From Halarcobacter sp. (GTDB taxonomy: Bacteria; Campylobacterota; Campylobacteria; Campylobacterales; Arcobacteraceae): 64,000 nucleotides of DNA. Position 1 is the stretch's first letter; every line of letters begins with the position of its first letter. A program made the translations under genes and the position numbers. Below the pieces are notes generated by a model that saw only the letters and a list, made by a program, of their open reading frames with translations, ran no database searches and had not been told where the DNA came from. Below are positions 1 to 9,830 of this stretch, piece after piece. The stretch spans positions 2,464,001-2,528,000 of the forward strand of contig CP182352.1 in assembly GCA_048571215.1 (NCBI GenBank), read 5' to 3'.

Positions 1-105
1 AATAGCATACTTCATTTTTCCTAACTCAAAGGTCATAAACTCACTAGTATTAGCATAATCAATTACTTCATCATCATGATGACTATTTATATTTTTAGTT
101 TCCAT
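1..105 (-). CDS. cheW: Chemotaxis adaptor CheW, N-terminal part (runs off the window)
   Basis: Own translation from the ATG at 105: METKNINSHHDDEVIDYANTSEFMTFELGKMKYAI; the F-x-T-F-x-L-G-x-x-x-Y-A-I pattern is typical of the CheW start; purine-rich RBS upstream. Confidence 0.65.
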   Translation of the reverse strand, partial: METKNINSHHDDEVIDYANTSEFMTFELGKMKYAI

Positions 106-253
106 TAGCTTCCCTTCATCTTTAATTCTATTGACACAAAGTTTTAATTTTATCTATCTAATAAAATCAAATATACATGACAATAATTATTTATTCTATT
201 ATCATTCTTTATAGCCATTAAAACTTTTATATTTTATCTTTACTAAGCTTAAA

Positions 254-1444
254 TTAATATTGTTTTTCTACACTTTTAACGGTACTGTATACTATAGTTT
301 TGGGTGTTTGCAGTGTGATTGTATCATCAACTTTCACCTCATCTAATTCAATTATTTTATTATTCTGTGAGATTTGTACATAACCTTTTAAACTCTTTTT
401 ATTTGGATGGTTATTTGAGTATGACTCTTTTAGTGAGCTTAATCTATCTTGTTTTGTATTAAAAATTTGTGATAAATAGTTTTTATAATTAGATTTTAGT
501 ATAGATATTTGTTCATTTATAAATCTGAATTTTGCCTCTAAAGAGTTTTGTTCAAAGTGTTTAAGAATATTATTTAACTCAATCTCTTTATGTCGTAGGA
601 TATTTTTTACTCTATTTTGCAAATCAATTTGAAGATTATCCAAGTAGATTCTATGTTCATTGATATCGGGTAATGCTATCTCCATTGCATTTGAAGGGGT
701 TGCAGCTCTAACATCAGCTACAAAATCTGAAATCAAAAAATCAACTTCATGTCCAACTGCTGAGATTATTGGTTTTTTTGCTTCATAAATTGCACTTGCT
801 ACAATCTCTTCATTAAAAGCCCATAAATCTTCAACACTTCCCCCACCTCTTCCAACAACTATAATATCAACATCTAATTTATCAGCAAATTTTATTGAAT
901 TTACTATACTAAATTTTGCATCTTCCCCTTGTACTAAAGTTGGAATTAAAATAAGTTCAACTAAGGGCCATCTATGATGTGCAACTTTTTTCATATCTTC
1001 AATTGCTGCACCTGTTGCAGAGCTTACTAAAGCTATTTTTTTAGGATACTTTGGAAGCTGTTTTTTAATACTTGAATCAAAATAACCTTTTTCTTGTAAC
1101 TTTTTTTTCAATTGTTCATAAGCAAGGGCTAAAGAACCTTGTCCTAAAGGTTCAATTTTTGTACACATTAGTTGATAATTACCTCGGGGAGTATAAACTG
1201 TAATACTTCCACTTATAACAACTTTTTGCCCTAATTCAAGTTGAAATTTCAAAAATCTTGCATTTCCTTTAAACATAACACATGAGATTGTTGAGGATTC
1301 ATCTTTTACTGAAAAATAGATATGTCCTGAGTTATGATAAGTTAAATTTGAAATCTCACCTTGTACATAAACACTAACAAAGGTTGTTTCTAAAATCGAT
1401 TTAATTTGTGTATTTAAAGAAGATACAGTAATAGGAGAGTTCAA
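254..1444 (-). CDS. xseA: Exodeoxyribonuclease VII large subunit
   Basis: OB-fold start (VYVQGEISNL..SGHIYFSVKD), RGGGSVEDLWAFNEE and SAVGHEVD..SDFVADVRAATPS motifs. Confidence 0.97.
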   Translation of the reverse strand: MNSPITVSSLNTQIKSILETTFVSVYVQGEISNLTYHNSGHIYFSVKDESSTISCVMFKGNARFLKFQLELGQKVVISGSITVYTPRGNYQLMCTKIEPLGQGSLALAYEQLKKKLQEKGYFDSSIKKQLPKYPKKIALVSSATGAAIEDMKKVAHHRWPLVELILIPTLVQGEDAKFSIVNSIKFADKLDVDIIVVGRGGGSVEDLWAFNEEIVASAIYEAKKPIISAVGHEVDFLISDFVADVRAATPSNAMEIALPDINEHRIYLDNLQIDLQNRVKNILRHKEIELNNILKHFEQNSLEAKFRFINEQISILKSNYKNYLSQIFNTKQDRLSSLKESYSNNHPNKKSLKGYVQISQNNKIIELDEVKVDDTITLQTPKTIVYSTVKSVEKQY

Positions 1445-1468
1445 AATTTTCCTTTATTATCGCAAAAA

Positions 1469-2179
1469 TTAAATTTTTCTTGCAATAATCAAAGTTGAAA
1501 TCTTCATAGAAAAAGCTTTCGTATAAATAGGCTCTAAACCTGCTTGTTTTAACTCTTTACATAGATTGTCTGTAGTTAAAAACTCATCAATAGAGTTAGG
1601 CAAATAAGTATATGCCTCTTTATTTTTAGAAATAAGTCCCCCTAGTGTTGGTAAAATCTTATTCATATAAAAATCTGTAAGATAATCTATAGGTGAAGTC
1701 TTTTCGTTTTTTGTAAACTCTGAAATAACTACCAGACCATCTTTTTTTAGAACTCTTGCAAACTCATCAAAAGCCTCTTGTCTTTGTACAACATTTCTAA
1801 TACCATATGAGATTGAGATAATATCAGCACTATCATTTTCTAAAGGCATTTGAGCAGCTCCTGCTTCTATAAACTCTACATCTGGAAGTTTTTTCTTAGC
1901 CACATCCATCATACCAACACTTGGATCTACCCCGATTACATTCTCTAAGCAAACACCATTTAATTGAGCTGTTTTCTTCCAAAACTCAATCATATCACCT
2001 GTTCCACAAGCAACATCTACAACCCTTTGGATTTTATCTTTTCCATAAAAGCTAAAGGTTTTATTACACGCTTTATTTCTCCAAGACTTATCAATTCCCA
2101 TACTTAAAACTCTATTTGCTATATCATAAGTACCTGCTATTTCATTAAACATTGATACAATTTTTTCTTGTTTACTCAT
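1469..2179 (-). CDS. ubiE: Demethylmenaquinone/ubiquinone methyltransferase UbiE/MenG
   Basis: MFNEIAGTYDIANRVLSMGIDKSWR, SAM motif VDVACGTGD, YGIRNV, AYTYLPNSI. Confidence 0.93.
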   Translation of the reverse strand: MSKQEKIVSMFNEIAGTYDIANRVLSMGIDKSWRNKACNKTFSFYGKDKIQRVVDVACGTGDMIEFWKKTAQLNGVCLENVIGVDPSVGMMDVAKKKLPDVEFIEAGAAQMPLENDSADIISISYGIRNVVQRQEAFDEFARVLKKDGLVVISEFTKNEKTSPIDYLTDFYMNKILPTLGGLISKNKEAYTYLPNSIDEFLTTDNLCKELKQAGLEPIYTKAFSMKISTLIIARKI

Positions 2180-2197
2180 ATATTAATTTTCCTAATT

Positions 2198-2446
2198 TTA
2201 TACTAGATATTTTCCAACTAAAAGACCAATAATAAAACCTACATTTAACATAATTATTAAAAATAGATATGATATTTTTTTATCTTTTTGAGGAATCTCA
2301 TTTAATACTTTTTTTTGTTCAATTATCGAATCATCTAAAGACCTTCTTGCAAAGTCAATATTATCAAAAGAGTTTCTTAAACTAAGCTCTGCTAACTCCA
2401 TTCTCTCAACAATCTCTTTTGCTTGCTTAAAAGTCATATCACTCAT
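2198..2446 (-). CDS. Small hypothetical protein, coiled-coil-like N-terminus with C-terminal membrane anchor
   Basis: 82 aa ORF in operon position; hydrophobic C-terminal helix. Confidence 0.7.
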   Translation of the reverse strand: MSDMTFKQAKEIVERMELAELSLRNSFDNIDFARRSLDDSIIEQKKVLNEIPQKDKKISYLFLIIMLNVGFIIGLLVGKYLV

Positions 2447-2456
2447 CTTTATACAC

Positions 2457-3248
2457 TTACTTCTTAATCTCTAGCCATTTATCTAGATCATAAAAAATTT
2501 TATTTAAAGTTCCCAAAACATAATCTTTAGCTTCTGTTTGGATTCTTCTAAAAAATAAAAACTTTCTTGCACTCTCTATATCACCTAACTCTTTTGCTTT
2601 CATAGCTTTAGCAGCAAAATCTGTGTTATTATATGCCATTTCCCAAACTGTACTTCCAAGATATCTACTCATAGTAATAACCTTGTCATTTTTTACAGGG
2701 AAATATTTTGGATTTTTTACAAAATCACAAATAACAGAATTACTATCTAAATACTTATGTCCAAAAAAGTTAATAAATTGTTCCTCTATATATTCTTGGT
2801 CCATTGAGATTGCTCTATTTAATGCAAATAAAACATTATCTTCTGGATTCTCTTCAATTTTTTTAATTTTTTTCATTGTTGCGATTGCATTTTTACCATC
2901 AAGCTCACCATCACCTAAAGGGATAATCCACTTGATATTTCCAAAAGAACCAACCTTTTTAATCTCTTCAAGAACTAAGGTAGAAGTTTTATTTCCCCCA
3001 ACATCTACAATAATCTCATGCTTATCATCCATCAAAATCAATTCATCTAATTCTGTTAATTTATTTGTTCCAAGCATCCTTTTATCAACTATTTGAGTTC
3101 TTGTAAAAGATCTGCTATCATTATTTTCATCATCGATTTCGATATATGTTACTTTTTTACCATGTTTCTTATACAAATATGGTGCAATTACCTGCATTGC
3201 CACAGTAGATTTACCGACACCACCTTTTGTTTGCGGAATAATAATCAT
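2457..3248 (-). CDS. ParA/MinD-superfamily P-loop ATPase of unknown function
   Basis: Deviant Walker A KGGVGKST at the N-terminus, YIEIDDEN, IIVDVGG. Confidence 0.75.
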   Translation of the reverse strand: MIIIPQTKGGVGKSTVAMQVIAPYLYKKHGKKVTYIEIDDENNDSRSFTRTQIVDKRMLGTNKLTELDELILMDDKHEIIVDVGGNKTSTLVLEEIKKVGSFGNIKWIIPLGDGELDGKNAIATMKKIKKIEENPEDNVLFALNRAISMDQEYIEEQFINFFGHKYLDSNSVICDFVKNPKYFPVKNDKVITMSRYLGSTVWEMAYNNTDFAAKAMKAKELGDIESARKFLFFRRIQTEAKDYVLGTLNKIFYDLDKWLEIKK

Positions 3249-3265
3249 TGTTAACCTTTGTTAAA

Positions 3266-3913
3266 CTAAAGCTTATGACTCTTCATAAATTGTACAATTT
3301 TACCATGAAACCTACAATAGAGCATATTTAGTGGAATTTCAAATCCATAAAGTTTGACAATTTTATCGTAATTTTTATTAATTCCATATTCACACCAAGA
3401 TTGCAAATCTCTATAATTTTTAAACTCATAGGAAAAATGTTTTAATAGTTTTGCTGTATATTTATCCACAACCATAAACTCTTTGTGACAAGCATAACAC
3501 ATAATTGCATCTGCTGTTTCATCCCCAATGCCTTTTTGTTCTAAAAGCCACTCTTTGCTTACATTTTCTTTGAAGTTTTCAAAATCATTAAACTCTTGTA
3601 AAATATTTTTACATAGCTGTTTGATTCTATTAGCTTTTTGATTTTTAAAACCACTTGGGGTGATAGCTTCTATAAAAATATCTATTTGAATATTTGATAA
3701 TTTTTCTATATCAAGAAGATTTGATTTTTTTAAATTTTCTAAAGATTTTTCTACATTTGTCCATTTTGTATTTTGGGTTAAAATTGCTCCAATTAAAACT
3801 TCAAAATCATTATCTGCAGGCCACCAATATTTTGAAGCTCCTTCAAGAAGATTTAAATTCTTTAAATATTTTAATAAATCATAACTATCACAGATTTGAA
3901 TCTTTTTAATCAA
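3266..3913 (-). CDS. HhH-GPD family DNA glycosylase (3-methyladenine glycosylase III-like)
   Basis: WWP..FEVLIGAILTQNTKW; HhH motif KGIGDETADAI; VVDKY. Confidence 0.88.
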   Translation of the reverse strand: MIKKIQICDSYDLLKYLKNLNLLEGASKYWWPADNDFEVLIGAILTQNTKWTNVEKSLENLKKSNLLDIEKLSNIQIDIFIEAITPSGFKNQKANRIKQLCKNILQEFNDFENFKENVSKEWLLEQKGIGDETADAIMCYACHKEFMVVDKYTAKLLKHFSYEFKNYRDLQSWCEYGINKNYDKIVKLYGFEIPLNMLYCRFHGKIVQFMKSHKL

Positions 3914-4718
3914 ATATAGCCTCTGTTTTTATTAACTCTTCTTTATTGCAATACTTTTTTAATTTAAAGCACTCTACTGTTTTACCCTCTACTATATCCA
4001 TAACCATAAGTTGAAATATAGATTTACAACTATTAGGTACATCAAAATGACCACCTAAGCCAGTTGTTGCCTTTGCAATTGGAACATTATCATTCATACC
4101 TATTACATTGTCTCTACATCCAGTAAGTCCAATATCAGTTAAATAAGCAGTACCATCCACAACTTGTAAGTCATCTGTCCCCACATGGGTATGTGTTCCA
4201 CAAATACCACTTACCTTACCTTTTAACATCATAAAAATAACTCTTTTTTCACTTGTAGCTTCTGCATGGAAATCTATAAAAATATTTTTAATATTCTCTT
4301 CTTCAAGTTTATTTACTAATTTTATTGCCCAATTGAAAGGATTTTCAACTGTAGGCATAGCAAACTGTCCCATAAGATTTATTATTGCAATTTTTTCTTC
4401 ACCTAATTCGAAAATTTTAAAACCATCTCCTGGAATCCCTAGGGGATAATTATCAGGTCTTAAAACATTTTCACTTTCTAATAAAACAAACATCTCATTT
4501 TTTTTATCAAAAGAGTGATTTCCACCTGTTATGACATCAATACCAGAGTTTAAAAGTTCTTTACAATTTTTCACAGTTAAACCAAAACCATGACTTGCAT
4601 TTTCACCATTTGCAATAACAAAATCTATATTAAACTCATTTTTAATTTTTTTTAAATTCTCTTTTATAATCTTACGACCAGGTCGTCCTACTATATCACC
4701 AATAAATGCAATTCTCAA
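3906..4718 (-). CDS. YmdB-like (TIGR00282) metallophosphoesterase
   Basis: GDIVGRPGR, NGENASHG, GNHSFD, DFHAEATSEK, GTHTHV. Confidence 0.93.
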   Translation of the reverse strand: MRIAFIGDIVGRPGRKIIKENLKKIKNEFNIDFVIANGENASHGFGLTVKNCKELLNSGIDVITGGNHSFDKKNEMFVLLESENVLRPDNYPLGIPGDGFKIFELGEEKIAIINLMGQFAMPTVENPFNWAIKLVNKLEEENIKNIFIDFHAEATSEKRVIFMMLKGKVSGICGTHTHVGTDDLQVVDGTAYLTDIGLTGCRDNVIGMNDNVPIAKATTGLGGHFDVPNSCKSIFQLMVMDIVEGKTVECFKLKKYCNKEELIKTEAIFD

Positions 4719-4749
4719 AACTTTTCCTATATTTTTTATAAACTATATT

Positions 4750-7284
4750 TTAAACAGATCTTTTTAATCTTACTTCAAATACTGCTCCACTATCTTTATT
4801 GTATGCAACAATTTCACCATCTTGTTCATCAATAATTTTCTTTGCAATATTTAGACCAACTCCCATACCACTATGTTGTTTTGTACTTATAAAAGGATCA
4901 AAAATTTTATCAATAATTTCATCTTTTATTCCACCTGCATTATCAGTAAATTTTACAATAACTTCATCCTCTTGCTCATATACTAAAATATTTAATTCTC
5001 TTTTTTCATAATCTTCTATATTTTTTAAAGCATCTAATGCATTGTTTATTATAATAATCCAAACTTGTTCTATTCTTTGTTTTTGAATATCTGAATAAAA
5101 TTCAAACTTTGTTTTATTTATGTTTGTTATTGAGAAAATTTCATTATTTAAATATATTTTTGAGATTTGTTTTGAAACATTATATGCCATAGTTAAAGAG
5201 GTGATTAAAGTTGCATAGATATTTGATTTTTCTTTAGCCACTGAAGAGCTTTGTGACATCTCTCTCATAGACTCAACAATAACTGCTATTCTATTTATAG
5301 CCTCTTCTATTTTACTACAGCCTTCTTCCATATCCTCTTTTATTTTTGTATGGGGCAAATCCTCAATATCCATTTGCAACATTTCAAAATTACCTTTTAG
5401 ATATGTTAAAGGGGTATTTATTTCATGGGTAATTCCAGCAGCTAAAGTACCAATAGAAGTAAGTTTTGCATTTTTTATTTGTTGATCTTGATGTAGTCTA
5501 TCTTTTTCAATATTTTTTTGAACCTCATCACTCACTCTTTGCTCCAAGGTTTGATTTAACTCTTGAAGTTTTCTTTTATCTTCTAATGAATTAATAACAA
5601 GCACAATATTCTTTTTATCTGGCAATATTCTTAAAGATACATCTAAATATATCTCTTCATTGTTTTTTGTTAAAAATACCAATTCAACATTTGAAATAGA
5701 ATCAATCTCTTTTAACTCATTTGAAATATCTAAAAGTAAATTTTTACTTGTATCATCTGCTAATTCAAAAAAATTCTCTTCAAATAGTTCATCCTCACTA
5801 TATTGAAAAATATTAAAAAATGCACTATTAAACTTCTTAAATTTCCCATCTATATTAATCAAAGCAATACCACTATTTGCATTTTGAAAAATCACATTCA
5901 ACTGCTCTATTTGATAGTTTAAATCATTGTATAATTTTTCAATTCTCTTTTTATCATCAATATTAGTTCTAATCTCTGTATATGAGATTATCTCTTTATT
6001 CTGATTATAATTTGTTTCAATTTGAGAAGAAACCCAATACTCTAAACCAAGTTTTTTTACACTTAATAATTCCCCAGACCAAATATTTTTATCTTTTAAG
6101 TATTCAACCACTTCATCAAACTCTTCATAACTTTTTTGATCTAATAACTTTTTATAAGGGTGTCCTATTAACTCCTCTTTTTGATATCCAGATACCTTAC
6201 AAAAGTATGAACTAATATCTACTATATTCCAACTAGGATCTACTTTTATATACATAACATATTGATTTATTAATTCTAAAGCATCACTCAATATAAGTTT
6301 GTTTTTTTCCATAGAATCGTTTAATAAATTTTTTTCACTTATTAATTTTTTATTTATATTTGATAAAGGAGAGGTAAATACTAAAGCTAATAATAAAGCA
6401 ACAATAAAACTCATATACATAACTGCATAAATTGAAGACTCATACTTATCAAGAAACTCTTTAAAGGATATATCACTATTATTCAAAATAATATTTAGAT
6501 ATATTTTGCCATTTACTTTTATTTTTTTAAAATAATAATAATTACTTGAAATTGAAGAATTACTATTTAGAAGATAATCTCCATAAGCCTTTATTACATT
6601 TTTTAAATCTAAATCACTATAAAAATATCTTGACCAAGAGTAGATATTGTTTTTATCATAAATTATATTTTTATCTTCATCAATTATATAACTTACAAAA
6701 CTTAAAGACTCTAAAAACTCACTAACATCAACTTTAGAGATTATTGTGTACTTATTATCTTTTATTGCAAAATAGATTATTGGCTCTAAAGGACTTATAA
6801 TCTCTGCATCTTTTTTATTAAGTTTAATAGCAGAGTTATAAATTGAATTATTTTTTAATTTTAAGATATCTGAAAATATTTCAAAACTACTAAGTGTTTC
6901 AAAATAATCTTTTTCGATAACTATTTTTTGATTATCTTCACTTAAGTTTATTAACTCTTTTCCAGTATTATTTTTTAAAATTGATAATTCAATTAAAGAA
7001 TCATCACTTAAAATTATTGTAGATAAACTTTTTTCTAAACTATGTTTATCAAAAGTTTTATACTCAACAGTATCATGTATTTGTTTAAGTAGAAACTTTT
7101 GATGATTTATTAGTTTTTGTAACTCATTTTCATGTCTATCAACTAATTCTAAATAAGTATTAATTTTATCTTTTTTAAATATCTTATTAAATATTGTATA
7201 ACTTAAATAAAAGGAGCTAAAAAAAAGTATAAACCCAAATACTAAAAAAGCAAGAAATAGTTTTAATGAAAAAGTGGTTTTCAT
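4750..7284 (-). CDS. Membrane sensor histidine kinase with two PAS domains
   Basis: Two TM helices, PAS (FCKVSGY..EELIG), intact H-box THEINTPL, N box NNALDA, DNAGG, F box, GMGVGL. Confidence 0.9.
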   Translation of the reverse strand: MKTTFSLKLFLAFLVFGFILFFSSFYLSYTIFNKIFKKDKINTYLELVDRHENELQKLINHQKFLLKQIHDTVEYKTFDKHSLEKSLSTIILSDDSLIELSILKNNTGKELINLSEDNQKIVIEKDYFETLSSFEIFSDILKLKNNSIYNSAIKLNKKDAEIISPLEPIIYFAIKDNKYTIISKVDVSEFLESLSFVSYIIDEDKNIIYDKNNIYSWSRYFYSDLDLKNVIKAYGDYLLNSNSSISSNYYYFKKIKVNGKIYLNIILNNSDISFKEFLDKYESSIYAVMYMSFIVALLLALVFTSPLSNINKKLISEKNLLNDSMEKNKLILSDALELINQYVMYIKVDPSWNIVDISSYFCKVSGYQKEELIGHPYKKLLDQKSYEEFDEVVEYLKDKNIWSGELLSVKKLGLEYWVSSQIETNYNQNKEIISYTEIRTNIDDKKRIEKLYNDLNYQIEQLNVIFQNANSGIALINIDGKFKKFNSAFFNIFQYSEDELFEENFFELADDTSKNLLLDISNELKEIDSISNVELVFLTKNNEEIYLDVSLRILPDKKNIVLVINSLEDKRKLQELNQTLEQRVSDEVQKNIEKDRLHQDQQIKNAKLTSIGTLAAGITHEINTPLTYLKGNFEMLQMDIEDLPHTKIKEDMEEGCSKIEEAINRIAVIVESMREMSQSSSVAKEKSNIYATLITSLTMAYNVSKQISKIYLNNEIFSITNINKTKFEFYSDIQKQRIEQVWIIIINNALDALKNIEDYEKRELNILVYEQEDEVIVKFTDNAGGIKDEIIDKIFDPFISTKQHSGMGVGLNIAKKIIDEQDGEIVAYNKDSGAVFEVRLKRSV

Positions 7285-9437
7285 AATCTATCAATCTTTC
7301 TTCTATCTTTTGTAATTAACTTTATATAAAAGCTACAACCATTTTCTTCATTTTCAACCCACATATCTCCATCACTTTTTTTAATTAAAAGTTTTGCCAT
7401 ATGCAAAGTTATACCATTTCTACTAATATTTTCTTTTGTACTAAAATCTAAATCAAATATCTTTTTTATAAATTTTTCTGGTATCCCCAAAGCATTATCT
7501 TGACACTTAATTAAAATATCATTTCCAACTTTTGAAATATAGATATTGATTACTGGATTATTTATATTTTTTAATTTAAATTGTTCCATTGAATTATTTA
7601 TCAAAGCAAAAACAACCTTTCTTAGATCAAAAGAAACCCCATAGGTTTCTAAATCTTTATTACCAGAGATGTCTATTTTTATACTACTATCTGATAAAGA
7701 TGAAACAACACTATTAATTACCTCATAAACATTGTATCTATCATGTGCATTTTCATTACTAAATAAAGATTTAAAATCATTTAATTGTCTTGATAGCCTG
7801 TTTACTTCATCATTTATTTTAGCAAATACTTCTATCTCTTCTTCATTAATAAGATTTTTATTTTTTAACTTATCCTCAATATCCATTAGATTTAAAGAGA
7901 TATTTGATATTGGTTTTTTCCATTCATTTGAAAAGGCATCTAATAATTTTCCCATTAGTTTTATTTTTGATTCGTCAAGTTTTAAATTATCTCTAGTTTT
8001 TATCTCATTTAATTTTAAAAATAAATCTCTTTTTAAAAGTTCATTAACTTTTTGTAACTGCTTCTCATCACTGATATCAACTCTAATTGATCTATATCCA
8101 ATAATATTTTTATTTTCATTAAAAATAGGTGTAATATTTCCCCTAACCCAATAGGAGTTCCCATTTTTATCAATGTTTTTTATTTCACCTTCCCAAATAT
8201 CACCTTTTGTAATTATCTTCCACATATTACTGAAAAATTTTTTAGAGATATCAGGATTTCGTAACATACTTATAGGGCGTCCTATAATCTCATCCTTTTT
8301 ATAACCACTTATTTTACAAAAAGATTCAGATACATGAGTTACTAAACCATTTGTATCTGTTTCAGCTACAATCACATACTTATCAATACTTTTATATAGA
8401 CTATTAAATTTTGAATTATCTATTTTAAATCTTCTATAAAAGTAATGAATAAGAAATATCATCACAACAAAAATTATTGATAAAAAAATAATTATAAAAA
8501 AATAAAAATCATATTTTTTTAAAATCGAACTATAGTTTTCATTGTCCCCTAAAGCAACCATATAACCTATTTTCTTATTGGAAACTTTATTTTTAAGTGG
8601 GAAAAAACTAATCATAGAATAGATATTTTCAGCTTGATAATTAATAGCAAACTTTTTATTTCTATTTATATTTTCTTTTATTATTTGAATTTTCTCTTTT
8701 GGTAACTCTTTCAATGTAGATTTATTGTATATAGAATCTTCATACATATAATTATCATCCAAAATACAATCTTTAAAATTTTTTAAGAACTTTTTATCAA
8801 GCCTTTGCTTTAAAATATTCTTTTTAAAAATAAAAAATGTTTCAAAATTAGTATTTTTACTTATTAAAAAACTTAGTTTTGGCATATTTGTGCTTATTTC
8901 TACTATTGCTAAAAGATTTAATTGCTTATCGAAAAGTGGTCTAACATATTTATAAGATGCAGAAGTGGATGAGATTTCAAAAGTTGAAACAGTTTTTAAA
9001 CTTTCAAGACTCTTTTTAATAAGTCCCACATTTTTATTTTTTTCACTATTTTTATAACCTTTATATTCACTTTTTAATAAAGGCTTTAAAGAAGGCAGGT
9101 AAATGTTTACCTCTTTTAAATCATATTTCTTAAAATTATTAAGACTATCTTTAATATTTAAATAAAGCTTTTTTGCTTTTTTCTCATCTGATATATTCTC
9201 TTTTAAGGTAGCAATAATTTTATTATTCTCTAAAATATGATTATAAAAAATAATCTCTGAGAAGTTTTCACTTCTTAAAATATATGTTGAATAGGTTTTT
9301 TCAATAAGATTTAAATCATTTTTTAAATAAAACTCAATCTCACTTTTTTTATATTGATTTAATACCCATAAACTCAAAGTTAAAACTAAAAAGAACAATA
9401 TTAAATAATTAAAAATTAAAACTTTATTTTTTTCCAT
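7281..9437 (-). CDS. Membrane PAS sensor kinase-like protein with degenerate H-box
   Basis: Two TM helices, PAS, HATPase-like C-terminus (NNSMEQ, DNALG); H-box region reads FSNEWKKP with no His. Confidence 0.8.
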   Translation of the reverse strand: MEKNKVLIFNYLILFFLVLTLSLWVLNQYKKSEIEFYLKNDLNLIEKTYSTYILRSENFSEIIFYNHILENNKIIATLKENISDEKKAKKLYLNIKDSLNNFKKYDLKEVNIYLPSLKPLLKSEYKGYKNSEKNKNVGLIKKSLESLKTVSTFEISSTSASYKYVRPLFDKQLNLLAIVEISTNMPKLSFLISKNTNFETFFIFKKNILKQRLDKKFLKNFKDCILDDNYMYEDSIYNKSTLKELPKEKIQIIKENINRNKKFAINYQAENIYSMISFFPLKNKVSNKKIGYMVALGDNENYSSILKKYDFYFFIIIFLSIIFVVMIFLIHYFYRRFKIDNSKFNSLYKSIDKYVIVAETDTNGLVTHVSESFCKISGYKKDEIIGRPISMLRNPDISKKFFSNMWKIITKGDIWEGEIKNIDKNGNSYWVRGNITPIFNENKNIIGYRSIRVDISDEKQLQKVNELLKRDLFLKLNEIKTRDNLKLDESKIKLMGKLLDAFSNEWKKPISNISLNLMDIEDKLKNKNLINEEEIEVFAKINDEVNRLSRQLNDFKSLFSNENAHDRYNVYEVINSVVSSLSDSSIKIDISGNKDLETYGVSFDLRKVVFALINNSMEQFKLKNINNPVINIYISKVGNDILIKCQDNALGIPEKFIKKIFDLDFSTKENISRNGITLHMAKLLIKKSDGDMWVENEENGCSFYIKLITKDRRKIDRL

Positions 9438-9440
9438 AAA

Positions 9441-9818
9441 CTATTTTTTTAAAATCTCTTCAATTTTGTTTTGTAATACAGATAATGAATCAAAAGGCTT
9501 CATAATATAGTAGGTTGCACCCTCTTTATGTGATTTCAATACTCTATCCAAAGTTGAATAAGCAGTCATCATACAAACTTTTTGTTTAGGTTTTATCTCC
9601 ATGATTTTTTCTAAGGTTTCAATCCCATCCATTTGAGGCATCATTATATCCAATAAAACTATATCACAATGATGGTTTTGTATATGCTCTAATCCTAACT
9701 TAGGATTAGAATATGTAGTAACTTTAAATTTTCCAGTTTTTGATAAAAATTTATCAATCAATCTTAAAATCTCTATTTCATCATCAATAATAACTATCTC
9801 ATATTTTATATCACTCAT
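9441..9818 (-). CDS. Single-domain response regulator (receiver only)
   Basis: IIDDE, LLDIMMPQMDG, MMTAY, KPF. Confidence 0.92.
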   Translation of the reverse strand: MSDIKYEIVIIDDEIEILRLIDKFLSKTGKFKVTTYSNPKLGLEHIQNHHCDIVLLDIMMPQMDGIETLEKIMEIKPKQKVCMMTAYSTLDRVLKSHKEGATYYIMKPFDSLSVLQNKIEEILKK

Positions 9819-9830
9819 TTCGATTCTCCA

